A stretch of DNA of 64,000 nucleotides, from NCBI GenBank assembly GCA_041742825.1, contig JBGTNX010000115.1, positions 34,491 through 98,490 of the forward strand, given 5' to 3'. The position numbers and the translations under genes were made by a program. Under the pieces are notes generated by a model that was not told where the DNA came from, did no database searches, and saw only the letters and a program-made list of their open reading frames with translations. Source of the DNA: Acidimicrobiia bacterium. Its GTDB lineage: Bacteria; Actinomycetota; Acidimicrobiia; Spongiisociales; ZC4RG35. Of this stretch, positions 35,303 to 43,835 are shown piece after piece (within the stretch, counting starts at the first letter, position 1; each line of letters starts with the position of its first letter).

Positions 35303-36550
35303 TTAACCGGTGTTCCCGGAAGCCGATATCGTCGTCACCCTCTCTTCGAGAAAAGCCTTCTCCGCCCGGTTTGACGTGAGCTGCAGTGCGTGACGGTATG
35401 CCGAGAGGGCCTCGTCGGCGCGGCCCAATCTGGCAAGCATCTCGGCTCTCGCCGAATGCCACAGGTGGTAATTGTCGAGGTCGAGGGGGTCGATCAGTGC
35501 CAGCGCGGCTTCCGGCCCGTCGCGTTCGCCAATCGCTACAGCCCGGTTCAAAGCGACCACCTTTGTTGGCATCATCGACATCAGTCGGTCGTAGAGGGCA
35601 ACGATCTGATGCCAGTCGGTTGCATCCGCCGTCACCGCGTCAGAATGGACTGCATTGATCGCCGCCTGGAGCTGATACGGCCCCGGCCGATTCCTGCGGA
35701 GACAGGCGCGGACGAGAGTCTGGCCCTCAGCGATGAGTTCTTCGGACCACAGCTTGCGGTCCTGGTCTGCGAGCAGCACGAGAGAGCCATCGTTGTCAAC
35801 ACGAGCGGGCCGACGCGCCTCGACGAGGAGCATCAACGCGAGGAGGCCGGCCGCTTCTGGTTGATCTGGCATCAGGCCATGAACCAGCTTGCCCAACCTG
35901 ATTGCCTCGATGCTGAGATCGCTCCGGGTCAAACTCGGCCCTGATGTAGCCGTGTGGTCCTCGTTGAAGATCAGGTAGATGACTCCGAGGACCGAACGCA
36001 GTCGTTCGGGGAGATCGGCATCCTCGGGAACGCGGTAAGGGATCTCGTTGACTTTGATCTTCTTCTTGGCGCGGACGAGACGCTGGGCGAGCGTTGGTTC
36101 AGGCAGGAGGAAAGCCCGGGCAATCTCCGGTGTCTCCAGGCCGCCAATGAGGCGGAGTGTGAGGGCCATCTGAGCCTCGATCGAAAGCGCAGGGTGACAA
36201 CAAGTGAACATCAGCCGGAGCTGGTCGTCAGAGAGGTTTTCAAACTGCGGTTCTCCGGCATCATCGGGTGAGTGGAGGAATACCGCCTGGGTGTATTTGT
36301 CCTCCCGCTTGCTGTCGCGGCGATAGACGTCGATGGCTCGGTTCCGGGCCGTGGTGATGATCCAACCCGCCGGCGAGGGCGGGATTCCTTTCTCCGGCCA
36401 CTGTTCGAGAGCCACGACAAAGGCATCCTGGACTGCTTCCTCGGCGAGGTCGATGTCGCCGAGCGTCCGGATCAGGCTGGCACGGGCCTTGCCGGATTGC
36501 TCACGGAAGACTTGCTCAACTTCGAATTTGCCTTCCGGTCGCAGAATCAA
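35303..36550 (-). CDS. ECF-type sigma-70 family factor with a C-terminal extension of about 230 aa (ECF42-like architecture)
   Basis: Sigma region 2 (WIITTARNRAIDVYRR) and region 4 (LETPEIARAFLLPEPTLAQRLVRAKKKI), then a long helical tail. TTG start uncertain. Confidence 0.8.
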   Translation of the reverse strand: MILRPEGKFEVEQVFREQSGKARASLIRTLGDIDLAEEAVQDAFVVALEQWPEKGIPPSPAGWIITTARNRAIDVYRRDSKREDKYTQAVFLHSPDDAGEPQFENLSDDQLRLMFTCCHPALSIEAQMALTLRLIGGLETPEIARAFLLPEPTLAQRLVRAKKKIKVNEIPYRVPEDADLPERLRSVLGVIYLIFNEDHTATSGPSLTRSDLSIEAIRLGKLVHGLMPDQPEAAGLLALMLLVEARRPARVDNDGSLVLLADQDRKLWSEELIAEGQTLVRACLRRNRPGPYQLQAAINAVHSDAVTADATDWHQIVALYDRLMSMMPTKVVALNRAVAIGERDGPEAALALIDPLDLDNYHLWHSARAEMLARLGRADEALSAYRHALQLTSNRAEKAFLEERVTTISASGNTG

Positions 36551-36610
36551 CCCTCCGAATCTTCATGGGAAAAGCCCCTCGATTTCCAGCAGGCCCCCGG
36601 TACGGAGAAG

Positions 36611-38035
36611 TTAGCCGCAGACGTCCGCGCTCGAACTCACATTGACGGGGTCTTCTTCCCACCCCCCGGTAAGGATGAGTCCAACGGTCTCCTGGATGCG
36701 GGGTATGTCCGCCATCGCATACCCCGTAGCTGTGTACTGGCCGTTTCGATAGTCGACATCGAAGCCAACGAACGTGATCTTGGTGGTGTCAATCGAAGGG
36801 GCGAAGTTGATGAGATACGGAAGCTGGTTCGAAGGGATGTTGGTCGACACTCTCCGCTCGATGACGTCGAGGAGCGAGACCAGCTTTGTGGTCAGATTGT
36901 ACGGTCCCGCCTCGTCGAGCAAACCCGTCGTGAGGCATCTCTGTCGCTCCATGCGCACATAGTCATTGCTGGCGGTCCGGCTCCTGGCATAAGCGAGCGC
37001 CTCGGCACCGGTGAGCCTCTGTTCTCCGGGGTTGAAGGTGACCATCTCATAGTCGCTGGGATCGTCCTCATAAATTGGGGCCGTGAAGGCCTTCCGGGGG
37101 TTCACGTTCACCCCACCAAACACGTCGACGATCTCCACGAAGCCCTGCATCTCGACGAGGATGTGATAGTCGATCGGAATTCCGAGTGTCGCCGAGACGA
37201 TGTTGGAAACGGCGGTGATTCCAGGATCAGGGCCTGCGAACATCTCGGGGTGGGCCTGACCGTAGAGGTAGACCTCGTTGAGGATCCCCTTGCTGTGGCC
37301 GGGGAAGGGGGTTCCGTCGGCGAAAGAGAGACCCGCCATGTTTCTCGGGAGCCCGAACAACGCCGTCGCACCAGTGAGCGTGTCGACGGTCGCAACCATC
37401 ACGCTGTCGGTACGAAGACCCGATCTTCCCGGCCCTGCATCCCCGCCGAGCAGGAGAAAGGTGAGGCGGTTGGTCCCGAGGGGGAGAGTAGTGGTTGTGG
37501 TTGAGCTGGTCGTCGAGCTGGTCGGGATGGTCCGCGGGGTGACGATAGGGCCGGCGTACGGCAGTGTTGTCGTCGTGGTCGTTGTTGTGGAACTGCTCGT
37601 GGCGGGTACGTGAATTGGAGTGAAGTTGGGCTCGCCGCCGGGGAAGACTTCCATGATCGTCGACCTGGTCTCGAGGCCCAAATAGGCCAGCGTGGCGTGA
37701 GGGACAACAGTGAACACCACCAACGCTGCGAGACCGGCACGCACAAAACGGCCGCCCGCTCTTCGCCAGGCGTCCGTCACGGCGAGGATGCGAAACATCC
37801 CGAAGATGATGTTGATCGATACGAGAACCGCCAACAGGTCGGGGTTGGTGACGATCTTGAGCATCCCGATCGCTTCCGTCGTGATCACTCCCCAGGTGGC
37901 GAAGGCGAGGGCGGCAGCGGTCGACAGGAGCAGCATCCATCCGAATCCGCGGGCCCCGGTGAGGAGCTGTCCGGCGCCCGGGACCACAGAGGAAGCGAAT
38001 CCCGCTCTGAGAGGCGTGCTCCTTGGTTTTATCAC
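36611..38035 (-). CDS. LytR-CpsA-Psr (LCP) family protein with N-terminal TM region and Thr/Ser-rich linkers
   Basis: LLLGGDAGPGRSGLRTDSVMVATVD LCP core. GTG start. Confidence 0.85.
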   Translation of the reverse strand: MIKPRSTPLRAGFASSVVPGAGQLLTGARGFGWMLLLSTAAALAFATWGVITTEAIGMLKIVTNPDLLAVLVSINIIFGMFRILAVTDAWRRAGGRFVRAGLAALVVFTVVPHATLAYLGLETRSTIMEVFPGGEPNFTPIHVPATSSSTTTTTTTTLPYAGPIVTPRTIPTSSTTSSTTTTTLPLGTNRLTFLLLGGDAGPGRSGLRTDSVMVATVDTLTGATALFGLPRNMAGLSFADGTPFPGHSKGILNEVYLYGQAHPEMFAGPDPGITAVSNIVSATLGIPIDYHILVEMQGFVEIVDVFGGVNVNPRKAFTAPIYEDDPSDYEMVTFNPGEQRLTGAEALAYARSRTASNDYVRMERQRCLTTGLLDEAGPYNLTTKLVSLLDVIERRVSTNIPSNQLPYLINFAPSIDTTKITFVGFDVDYRNGQYTATGYAMADIPRIQETVGLILTGGWEEDPVNVSSSADVCG

Positions 38036-38132
38036 GTGGATACAACGCCGGATCGGGGGCCGGGGTTCCGGAATCCCTCAACCAGGTCGGGTTGCCGTAT
38101 CCTGCACGCGCGCCGACTGCGATAGGAGTGAA

Positions 38133-39089
38133 ATGGCAAGTGGAGGAACCCGGGCGATTCTCGCGGCGATGATTGCCAACGGAGGCATCGCCATCGCCAA
38201 GTTTGTCGCCTATCTCGTGACCGGATCGTCAGCGATGCTCGCCGAGTCGGTCCATTCGGTTGCTGACACCTCCAATCAGGGACTGCTCCTGTTCGGGGGC
38301 CGCCAGGCACGGAGGATCGCCGACGACGAGCACCAGTTCGGGTATGGGCGAGAGCGGTACTTCTGGTCATTTGTCGTCGCGCTCGTCCTGTTCACTCTGG
38401 GTGGGTTGTATTCCCTCTACGAGGGAATCGACAAGCTCCGCCATCCCCATGAGGTCACGGCCCTGGGATGGGCCATTGGTGTCCTCATCTTCGGTCTGAT
38501 TCTCGAGGGGTTTAGCTTTAACACCGCCATCGTCGAGGCGAGGAAGGTAAAGGGAAATCGCAAGTGGAGTGACTACATACGCCGCTCCCGTTCGCCGGAG
38601 CTTCCGGTCGTCTTGTTGGAGGATGCAGGAGCGATGCTCGGTCTCCTCATCGCTCTGATCGGTGTGGGCCTCGCGGCCGCCACTGGAGACCCGATCTGGG
38701 ACGGGATCGGAACCGTGGGCATCGGTCTTCTCCTATTGGTCGTTGCTTCGGTCCTCACCGTTGAAATGCGATCGTTGCTCTTGGGCGAAGCGGCCACCAA
38801 GGAGGACATCGCGGCGATCGTTGGCGCAGTTAGAGGGTCGGAAGGTGTGACGCGGATAATCGACCTCAGGACCCAACACATCGGCCCCGAGGAATTGCTC
38901 GTGGCGGGGAAGGTCGAGTTCGACCGCTCCTTGAATATGAGCGGTGTCGCCGATGCCATCGACCGGTGCGAAATTGCGATCCGGGAAGCCGTGCCTCACG
39001 CTCGCCGGATCTACCTCGAGCCCGACCTCTTCGACCCCAACCATGTCGGGACCGTTGACCTCCCTCCCGAAGGCGGAGGCGGCCACTAG
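38133..39089 (+). CDS. Cation diffusion facilitator (CDF) family metal efflux transporter
   Basis: AIAKFVAYLVTGSSAMLAESVHSVADT. AGGAG RBS before ATG 38133. Confidence 0.9.
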   Translation: MASGGTRAILAAMIANGGIAIAKFVAYLVTGSSAMLAESVHSVADTSNQGLLLFGGRQARRIADDEHQFGYGRERYFWSFVVALVLFTLGGLYSLYEGIDKLRHPHEVTALGWAIGVLIFGLILEGFSFNTAIVEARKVKGNRKWSDYIRRSRSPELPVVLLEDAGAMLGLLIALIGVGLAAATGDPIWDGIGTVGIGLLLLVVASVLTVEMRSLLLGEAATKEDIAAIVGAVRGSEGVTRIIDLRTQHIGPEELLVAGKVEFDRSLNMSGVADAIDRCEIAIREAVPHARRIYLEPDLFDPNHVGTVDLPPEGGGGH

Positions 39090-39132
39090 GCACCGGGAAC
39101 GCCTGCAACTTCGGTTCTGGCACGGGCTGTTG

Positions 39133-39176
39133 GGAACGAGAAAGGGGCGGCCCTGGGGCCGCCCCTTTCTCGTTCC
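39133..39176. terminator. Bidirectional terminator hairpin with a perfect 20-bp stem
   Basis: GGAACGAGAAAGGGGCGGCC-ctgg-GGCCGCCCCTTTCTCGTTCC, between convergent CDF and ABC ATPase genes. Confidence 0.7.
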
Positions 39177-39294
39177 TTGGGAGGAGGAAGTATGTTGTTG
39201 CGCTGGCCGTTGATCGACCCGCACTACCTTTTTAAGCACCCGAAGTAAACAGCCGGTTAACGAAGGTCGAACCCTTTGGAAAGATTGCGTGCAC

Positions 39295-40143
39295 CTATTC
39301 CTGGTGGTACTCCCCGGGCGAGGTCTCCGGGTGGACCGATTTTTGTCGATGAATGTGCCGACCGGGGACCGGTTGGTGGGCAGGATCGTCAACGAAGATG
39401 CTTCCGTCGTCGATATGGAGCAGCGATGGCCCGTAGGCTGCGGTCAGGTTTTCTGTTGTAAGGACCGATTCCGGCCGGCCCGACGCCACGACCCGACCGG
39501 CCAGGAGGATGACATGGTCGGCTATCTTCGCTTCGGAGAGATCGTGGGTTGTCATCACGACCGTGCACCCGCTTTCGATTTCGTCATGGATGACCTTGTC
39601 GATTGCGTGTGCGGCTGTGAGGTCGATACCGGTCAGGGGCTCGTCGAGTAGTAACAGCTCGTGTTCCTGGGCGAGGCCCTGAGCGACGAAAACCCGTTGC
39701 CTCTGTCCCCCGGACAGGTGCTGCATGTGCTCGGCTTGCAGGTCGGTGACTCCGGTGCGCTCCATTGCGGATTCGATTGCAGTCCGATCCTCCCGACCCA
39801 ACCGCTCGAACCATCCCTTCCCGGCAAACCTTCCCATCATCACGACCTCTGCAACCGAAATCGGCAATGCATCGTTGACCTTGGTCGTCTGGAGGACATA
39901 GGACACCCGCTTGAAACCGTCTCGCAATGCCGGCACCTCTACTGACCCCGAGGTCGGCTCGATTAACCCTGCGATTGCATTCAGCAGCGTGGACTTACCA
40001 GAGCCATTGGGCCCGATGACTGCAGTCACCGTCCCGGAGGGAACCCTGAACGTCGAGGCGTCGATGGCCACCTTGCCGTCGTAGCTCACGACAAGGTCTG
40101 TGCAAGTGACTGCTGGAGGAGCCTCTAGTTGCATCGCGAGCAC
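39295..40143 (-). CDS. znuC: Metal (zinc-type) ABC transporter ATP-binding protein
   Basis: Walker A GPNGSGKST, LSGGQRQRV, LLLDEPLTGID. Downstream of and overlapping zur; the start could be 40134. Confidence 0.85.
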   Translation of the reverse strand: MLAMQLEAPPAVTCTDLVVSYDGKVAIDASTFRVPSGTVTAVIGPNGSGKSTLLNAIAGLIEPTSGSVEVPALRDGFKRVSYVLQTTKVNDALPISVAEVVMMGRFAGKGWFERLGREDRTAIESAMERTGVTDLQAEHMQHLSGGQRQRVFVAQGLAQEHELLLLDEPLTGIDLTAAHAIDKVIHDEIESGCTVVMTTHDLSEAKIADHVILLAGRVVASGRPESVLTTENLTAAYGPSLLHIDDGSIFVDDPAHQPVPGRHIHRQKSVHPETSPGEYHQE

Positions 40144-40565
40144 AGTCCCTCGATCTCGAGCGCGTGGTCGCGAGGGGCGAATGCGACCTCCTTGCCGATC
40201 GTATCAACAATCGCCTCGAGTTGAGTTTCGATCTCTGCGGCGATCTCGATGTCCTCCACCTGACCACAGTCGATGCATACGAGATGGTGGTGATGGCCCA
40301 TCAGCCACTCCGCCAACTCGTACCTGGTGACGCCCTTCGTCGAGTAGTGGGGGCTGATCACACCGGCACGCTCCAGTACTGCAAGCGATCTGTAAATGGA
40401 GGAGAGCGGGACAGAGCTCCCGATCGATGTGTAGAGATCCGACGCCGATCGGGGGCCGTCTGCGAGTCCTAGTGAACGGACAATCGTGCGCCGACCCGAA
40501 GTCAGTCGGACATCTTTCTCCTGGAGCCGGTGAGCGATCTGCTTTTCGAGATTGGTTTCTGGCAT
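40125..40565 (-). CDS. zur: Fur family repressor, Zur-like
   Basis: RLTSGRRTIV wHTH, HHHHLVC..C and CSRC metal sites. Start at ATG 40565. The upstream ORF extension lies in the operator region. Confidence 0.85.
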   Translation of the reverse strand: MPETNLEKQIAHRLQEKDVRLTSGRRTIVRSLGLADGPRSASDLYTSIGSSVPLSSIYRSLAVLERAGVISPHYSTKGVTRYELAEWLMGHHHHLVCIDCGQVEDIEIAAEIETQLEAIVDTIGKEVAFAPRDHALEIEGLCSRCN

Positions 40566-40580
40566 GACTTCAGTTTGTTG

Positions 40581-40620
40581 ATTATCGTTCTCAATAAGAA
40601 CTATAATGATTCTCAATATC
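40581..40620. promoter_or_regulatory. AT-rich divergent promoter region with two Fur/Zur-box-like repeats
   Basis: TTCTCAATA occurs twice (40588 and 40610, 22 bp apart). TGATTATCGTTCTCA and ATAATGATTCTCA resemble the ATGATTTTCA Zur half-site. Dyad GTTCT-N5-AGAAC at 40587-40601. Confidence 0.5.
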
Positions 40621-40638
40621 AATTACAAATGAGAGAGA

Positions 40639-41595
40639 ATGAGACCTTGTAAGGCATTGACTTTGGTGGCCGTGGTCACAGCATTGACACTCGGTGCGTG
40701 TGGCTCCACCGACCCGGGGAACAGTGACATCAAAATCGTTGTCACCACCTCGGTCCTTGGCGACCTCGTTGCCAATGTCGCAGGCAACGAAGCCACGGTT
40801 GTGGTCCTGATGCCGCTCGGCGCAGACCCGCATTCGTTCTCGCCGTCGTCCCAACAGGTCGCCGAAATGAATGACGCCGACCTGGTGGTTGTCAACGGTC
40901 TCGGCCTGGAAGAGGGTTTCGCTGCCGTCCTCGATGGAGTTGTGACTGACGGGGGCCGTGTGTATGAAGTCGGCACGACGTTGGACCCCATCCCGTTCGG
41001 GTTCGACGAGGACGATCATGAGGACGACCATGATGACGACGTGGCACACGAGGAGGGGGATCATTCACTCGATCCTCATGTCTGGATGGACCCGTTGCGG
41101 ATGGCAGAGGCCGCAGCAAGCATCGCCATCGAGCTGAACGAGATCGAGCCCGGATTGGGTTGGACAGAGCGCGCTTCGGCGTATGCAGCCGAACTGGAGG
41201 AGCTGCACGCCGAGATCGAGCAGGACCTCTCAATTGTCGGCCCGGCCGACCGCCTGCTCGTCACCAATCACGATTCGCTCGGCTATTTTGCCGAAAGGTA
41301 CGACTTCGAGGTCGTGGGCACGGTGATACCCGGTGGATCCACCCTCGGTGATCCAAGCTCGGAGGCGCTAGCGTCACTGGTTGCGACGATGCGCGAACTC
41401 CAAGTGCGGGTCATCTTCGCCGAAACCATCCAACCGTCCGAGCTCGCCGATGCAGTCGCGGCCGAGCTCGGAGAAGAGGTCGCCGTTGTCGAGCTGTTCA
41501 CGGGATCTCTGGGTGAGCCCGGGTCTGGCGCTGAGAACTTGATCGACATGTTGCGCACCAATGCGGGCCGAATCGCGCAGGCGCTCGGGTCCTGA
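40639..41595 (+). CDS. znuA: Metal ABC transporter substrate-binding lipoprotein, ZnuA-like with His/Asp-rich loop
   Basis: Lipobox LTLGAC. Loop DEDDHEDDHDDDVAHEEGDHSLDPH, followed by the conserved DPHVWMDP. Confidence 0.9.
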   Translation: MRPCKALTLVAVVTALTLGACGSTDPGNSDIKIVVTTSVLGDLVANVAGNEATVVVLMPLGADPHSFSPSSQQVAEMNDADLVVVNGLGLEEGFAAVLDGVVTDGGRVYEVGTTLDPIPFGFDEDDHEDDHDDDVAHEEGDHSLDPHVWMDPLRMAEAAASIAIELNEIEPGLGWTERASAYAAELEELHAEIEQDLSIVGPADRLLVTNHDSLGYFAERYDFEVVGTVIPGGSTLGDPSSEALASLVATMRELQVRVIFAETIQPSELADAVAAELGEEVAVVELFTGSLGEPGSGAENLIDMLRTNAGRIAQALGS

Positions 41596-41602
41596 AGATA
41601 GA

Positions 41603-42484
41603 TTGATCGCAGTGGACTGGATCACCGAACCGTTTGAGCTGGCCTTCCAACAGCGGGCCCTTCTCGGCGGTGCCCTGGCGTCTATAGCGCTGGCCCTGGT
41701 CGGAACCTGGGTCGTGATCAGGGGAATGAGCTTTCTCGGGGATGCTCTCGTCCACGGTGTGATCCCTGGAATTGCCCTGGCCATCCTGTTCGGATTCAAC
41801 CCGATGCTCGGAGCCGGCCTGGCGGCGGTGGTGATGCTGTTCGGTATCAACCTGGTGCACCGGCAGACAGAATTCCCCGAAGACACCGGGATTGGCCTGC
41901 TTTTTGTCGGAATGCTCGGGCTGGGCGTGATCCTCATCTCGCGCACTCCATCGTTCTCGGGCGATCTCACTGCAATCCTGTTTGGTGACGTCCTCGGGGT
42001 CACCGGATCGGACATTGCCTGGTTGGGCGTCGTCGCCGGAGCGACAGTTGTCGCGAGTGCGGTCATGTACCGGCCGTTCCTCGTGCTCTCATTCAACGAG
42101 CAGAAAGCAAGGCTGCTCGGACTGCGACCCCGGCTGGCCCACGTGGTGCTGCTCGGCCTGATCGCGGTGGTGATAATTGGCTCGTTCCAAACGGTTGGGA
42201 CGATGCTTGTGTTCGGTCTGCTCGTCGGCCCGGCGGCCACAGCGGCCCTGCTCGTGCGCCGGGTCCCGGCGATCATGGCTCTGGCCGCCTCGATCGGGGT
42301 GCTGTCCGTGTTTGTCGGGTTGATCGTCAGCTATCACGCCGACACCTCGGGCTCGGCCACCATGGCGGTGATGCCGATTCTCCTGTTCTTCGTGGTATTG
42401 GGGGTGCGCTCGATGGGTACGGGAAGGCGAACCGAGCAGTTGGCTGCCACTGCAGGGCCTCGGGAGACCGGTATTACTCCCTGA
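41603..42484 (+). CDS. znuB: Metal ABC transporter permease, ZnuB-like
   Basis: FQQRALLGG...GMSFLGDALVHGVIPG pattern. Start is TTG 41603 or GTG 41612, just after the znuA stop. Confidence 0.85.
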   Translation: MIAVDWITEPFELAFQQRALLGGALASIALALVGTWVVIRGMSFLGDALVHGVIPGIALAILFGFNPMLGAGLAAVVMLFGINLVHRQTEFPEDTGIGLLFVGMLGLGVILISRTPSFSGDLTAILFGDVLGVTGSDIAWLGVVAGATVVASAVMYRPFLVLSFNEQKARLLGLRPRLAHVVLLGLIAVVIIGSFQTVGTMLVFGLLVGPAATAALLVRRVPAIMALAASIGVLSVFVGLIVSYHADTSGSATMAVMPILLFFVVLGVRSMGTGRRTEQLAATAGPRETGITP

Positions 42485-43412
42485 TCCAGGGCGGGGTTGG
42501 TGCCTCGATCCTCGGCAGAGACGACGGGACCGGTGCGAATCTCTCGTCGTTGTGGTCCCTCCAGTCGCGCCAGGCTGCGGTGATCTCATCCTGGTCGCGC
42601 GCCACGAAATTCCACCACATCTTGATTGGCTCCTCGAGCGGCTTCCCGCCGAGGATGAGGAGGCGGATCCCTTTCGACAGCCCTTCGACGCGAAGCTCCT
42701 CCAGGCCTGCCGGCACATAAGCAAGAGATCCCGGTTCCACGATTGCATCCTCGACGCAGACCGAGCGATTGATCGGGACGATTGCGTACTCGAACGATCG
42801 ATCCGCCGGTATCACGGTCGGAGCATCCACAAAGAGATCCAAGCCAACCGCCGGATGATCGAAGGTGGCCGGAGATGCAGCACCGTCGAGAGCGCCGAGG
42901 AACACAATGCCGCGACTTTCGCCGAGCTCGAATTCAGGAAGGGTGTCGACGTGCTCGAAGCTCGACACGCCATGCCGGGTCGACTCAGGTTGTGCCAGCC
43001 ACATCTGCGCTCCCATGATCCCCCCGGTGTCCCTGGCGGTGGCGGGTTCGACCCCGAGCTCGGCATGGGCCAGGCCATTGCCACTGGTCATCAGATTGAG
43101 CTGCCCGGGCGCGATCAATTGTTCGGTGCCGAGGGAATCGGAATGAAGGGCTGAACCGGCAAACAGCCAGGTCACCGTGGCCAGCCCGATATGGGGGTGA
43201 GGGCCGATCTCGAGGGGCGGTGGCTCTTCGATGTCGTCGGGGCTCATCAGGTCGACGAAGCACCAGGGGCCGACGGCCCGCTTCTGCTTGGTGGGGAGCA
43301 CTCGCACCACCTGCATGGCGCCGACCTGTGCAGTCCTGCCCTCTTTGACCTCGATCGTCGACATGCCGAGGGAGGCCCCGTCGACGGTTTGCTCTTCGAC
43401 GGGCCCGCTCAT
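42474..43412 (-). CDS. Pirin family protein
   Basis: GPHPHIGLATVTWLF pirin N-terminal cupin signature. Confidence 0.9.
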   Translation of the reverse strand: MSGPVEEQTVDGASLGMSTIEVKEGRTAQVGAMQVVRVLPTKQKRAVGPWCFVDLMSPDDIEEPPPLEIGPHPHIGLATVTWLFAGSALHSDSLGTEQLIAPGQLNLMTSGNGLAHAELGVEPATARDTGGIMGAQMWLAQPESTRHGVSSFEHVDTLPEFELGESRGIVFLGALDGAASPATFDHPAVGLDLFVDAPTVIPADRSFEYAIVPINRSVCVEDAIVEPGSLAYVPAGLEELRVEGLSKGIRLLILGGKPLEEPIKMWWNFVARDQDEITAAWRDWRDHNDERFAPVPSSLPRIEAPTPPWIRE

Positions 43413-43419
43413 CTCAAAC

Positions 43420-43767
43420 TCACCCGGTCACCGTGATGCTTCCTGTCATGTTTGGATGGATGTTGCAGAAGTATGTGTAGGTGCCGGCCGCATCGAAGGT
43501 GAATTCGAACGACTCCCCCGGGGAGATCCCGCTGGAGTCGAAGAGACCGTCGTTGGCCGTCCAGGTGTGGGTCGTACTGTCGTTGTTGGTGACGGTGACA
43601 GTCCCTCCTTCCGAGAGTTCGCCCGGCTCACTGAACGCGAAACCCTCGATCGAGATGGTGACGGTGCTGGCGGCGTCCCCGGTGCCGGGGTCGTCGTCGG
43701 GGTCATCGGATCCACCACAGGCGACCAGCAACAACCCGAGTACGAGAACCATTGATCTGATTGGCAT
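43420..43767 (-). CDS. Cupredoxin (amicyanin/plastocyanin-like) lipoprotein
   Basis: Lipobox LLLVACGG. Type-1 Cu ligands in TTHTW and YFCNIHPNM (C-x2-H-x2-M). GGAAAGG RBS before ATG 43767. Confidence 0.8.
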   Translation of the reverse strand: MPIRSMVLVLGLLLVACGGSDDPDDDPGTGDAASTVTISIEGFAFSEPGELSEGGTVTVTNNDSTTHTWTANDGLFDSSGISPGESFEFTFDAAGTYTYFCNIHPNMTGSITVTG

Positions 43768-43835
43768 CTTCAACCTTTCCATATGCATAACCCTACGCCT
43801 CGGTCGCCCGGTTGGTTCGGGAATGTGGCCGGGTT

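Noticed and set aside
36272-37504. 410-aa ORF on the plus strand
   Set aside because: It is antisense to the well-supported ECF sigma and LCP genes. Its composition is Arg/Gly/Asp-rich with no motifs. This is a typical shadow ORF of a high-GC genome.
37710-38132. Upstream extension of the CDF ORF
   Set aside because: It is antisense to the N-terminus of LCP. The true start, ATG 38133, has an AGGAG RBS.
38036-38132. Possible NiCo/czcD-type riboswitch upstream of the CDF transporter
   Set aside because: The region is only 97 nt and is shared by two divergent promoters. I could not match it to the conserved junction sequences of that class from memory. A cmscan against Rfam would settle it.
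39192-39248. 18-aa micro-ORF (MLLRWPLIDPHYLFKHPK) behind a strong GGAGGAGGAAG Shine-Dalgarno-like sequence
   Set aside because: It sits just after a bidirectional terminator between convergent genes, and I could find no promoter. It is too short to judge without conservation or Ribo-seq data.
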